64,000 nt of DNA, taken from assembly GCA_963796055.1 (NCBI GenBank), contig CAWCKH010000004.1, positions 1,632,001-1,696,000 on the forward strand. Direction: 5' to 3'. Positions 63,511-64,000 of the stretch are shown one piece after another (position 1 is the stretch's first letter; each line of letters begins with the position of its first letter). Both the position numbers and the translations under genes were made by a program. The DNA is from an uncultured delta proteobacterium. Its GTDB lineage: Bacteria; Myxococcota; Myxococcia; Myxococcales; Myxococcaceae. The notes below the pieces were generated by a model, which saw nothing but the letters and a program-made list of their open reading frames with translations, was not told the DNA's origin and searched no databases.

Positions 63511-64000
63511 GTGAGCGAGAAGCGGGGCACAGCAGCAGGGCTGCCGCACGGGAGCACCGCTGGAATCGAACACTCTGCGGAGAACCGCACCGCGCCCGTC
63601 ACCCCTCCGACCCCCGACGGTCTCTCCAGCGCTCCACGGGCCGTGCCCCGACTCGTGCCCGGGGACCACCTGGCCAATCGCTACACCGTGGTGCGGTTCG
63701 TCGCCCGGGGCGGCATGGGTGAGGTCTACGAGGTGCGGGATGACACCCTGCGGACCCGTGTCGCGCTGAAGACCATCCTCGCGGAGTTCTCCTCGGATCG
63801 CGAGGCCCTGGAGCGTTTCCGGCGGGAGGTCCTCCTTGCGCGGCGGATCACCCATCCGAACGTCTGCCGGATTCACGACCTCAGCTCCGGGGAGGTGAGA
63901 GGAGAAACTCTCCACTTCTTGACCATGGAGTTCCTCGACGGGGAGACCCTGAGCCGACGCCTCCGGACCGGTGGGCGGATGGCGACCGACGAGGTGTTGC
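63511..64000 (+). CDS. Ser/Thr protein kinase, N-terminal part (runs off window)
   Basis: RYTVVRFVARGGMGEVYE, VALKT, ERFRREVLLARRITHPNVCRIHD, LTMEF. Confidence 0.9.
   Translation, partial: MSEKRGTAAGLPHGSTAGIEHSAENRTAPVTPPTPDGLSSAPRAVPRLVPGDHLANRYTVVRFVARGGMGEVYEVRDDTLRTRVALKTILAEFSSDREALERFRREVLLARRITHPNVCRIHDLSSGEVRGETLHFLTMEFLDGETLSRRLRTGGRMATDEVL

Overview
GC-rich, Myxococcota-like (Anaeromyxobacter/Myxococcaceae-type) chromosomal window in two parts. Bases 1-27.7 kb look like core genome: an ECF sigma/anti-sigma/DUF1223 unit, pirin, desaturase, dusB, an NFACT/RqcH-like gene, pyk, D-aminoacylase, two M28 peptidases, an HD-GYP protein, an intact IS1182 with CTAG flanks and a small related element. 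From tRNA-Pro(CGG) at 27706 to the window end lies an accessory island. It starts with an apparently complete 6,025-bp integrative element whose att site lies inside its tyrosine integrase gene. Excision would replace a 6-aa tail read antisense through the tRNA with a 112-aa tail carrying an excisionase-like HTH domain. Decayed sister copies follow at 33.8, 39.8 and 63.3 kb, repeatedly next to Ser/Thr kinase genes and IS91-like transposase fragments. Cargo includes a kinase-DsbA fusion, a GMC oxidoreductase, trehalose/osmolyte genes, ClC, a Spy-like protein, a diheme cytochrome c and a selenocysteine formate dehydrogenase-N operon. All calls come from reading motifs by eye. No database searches were run, and start codons are my best estimates.
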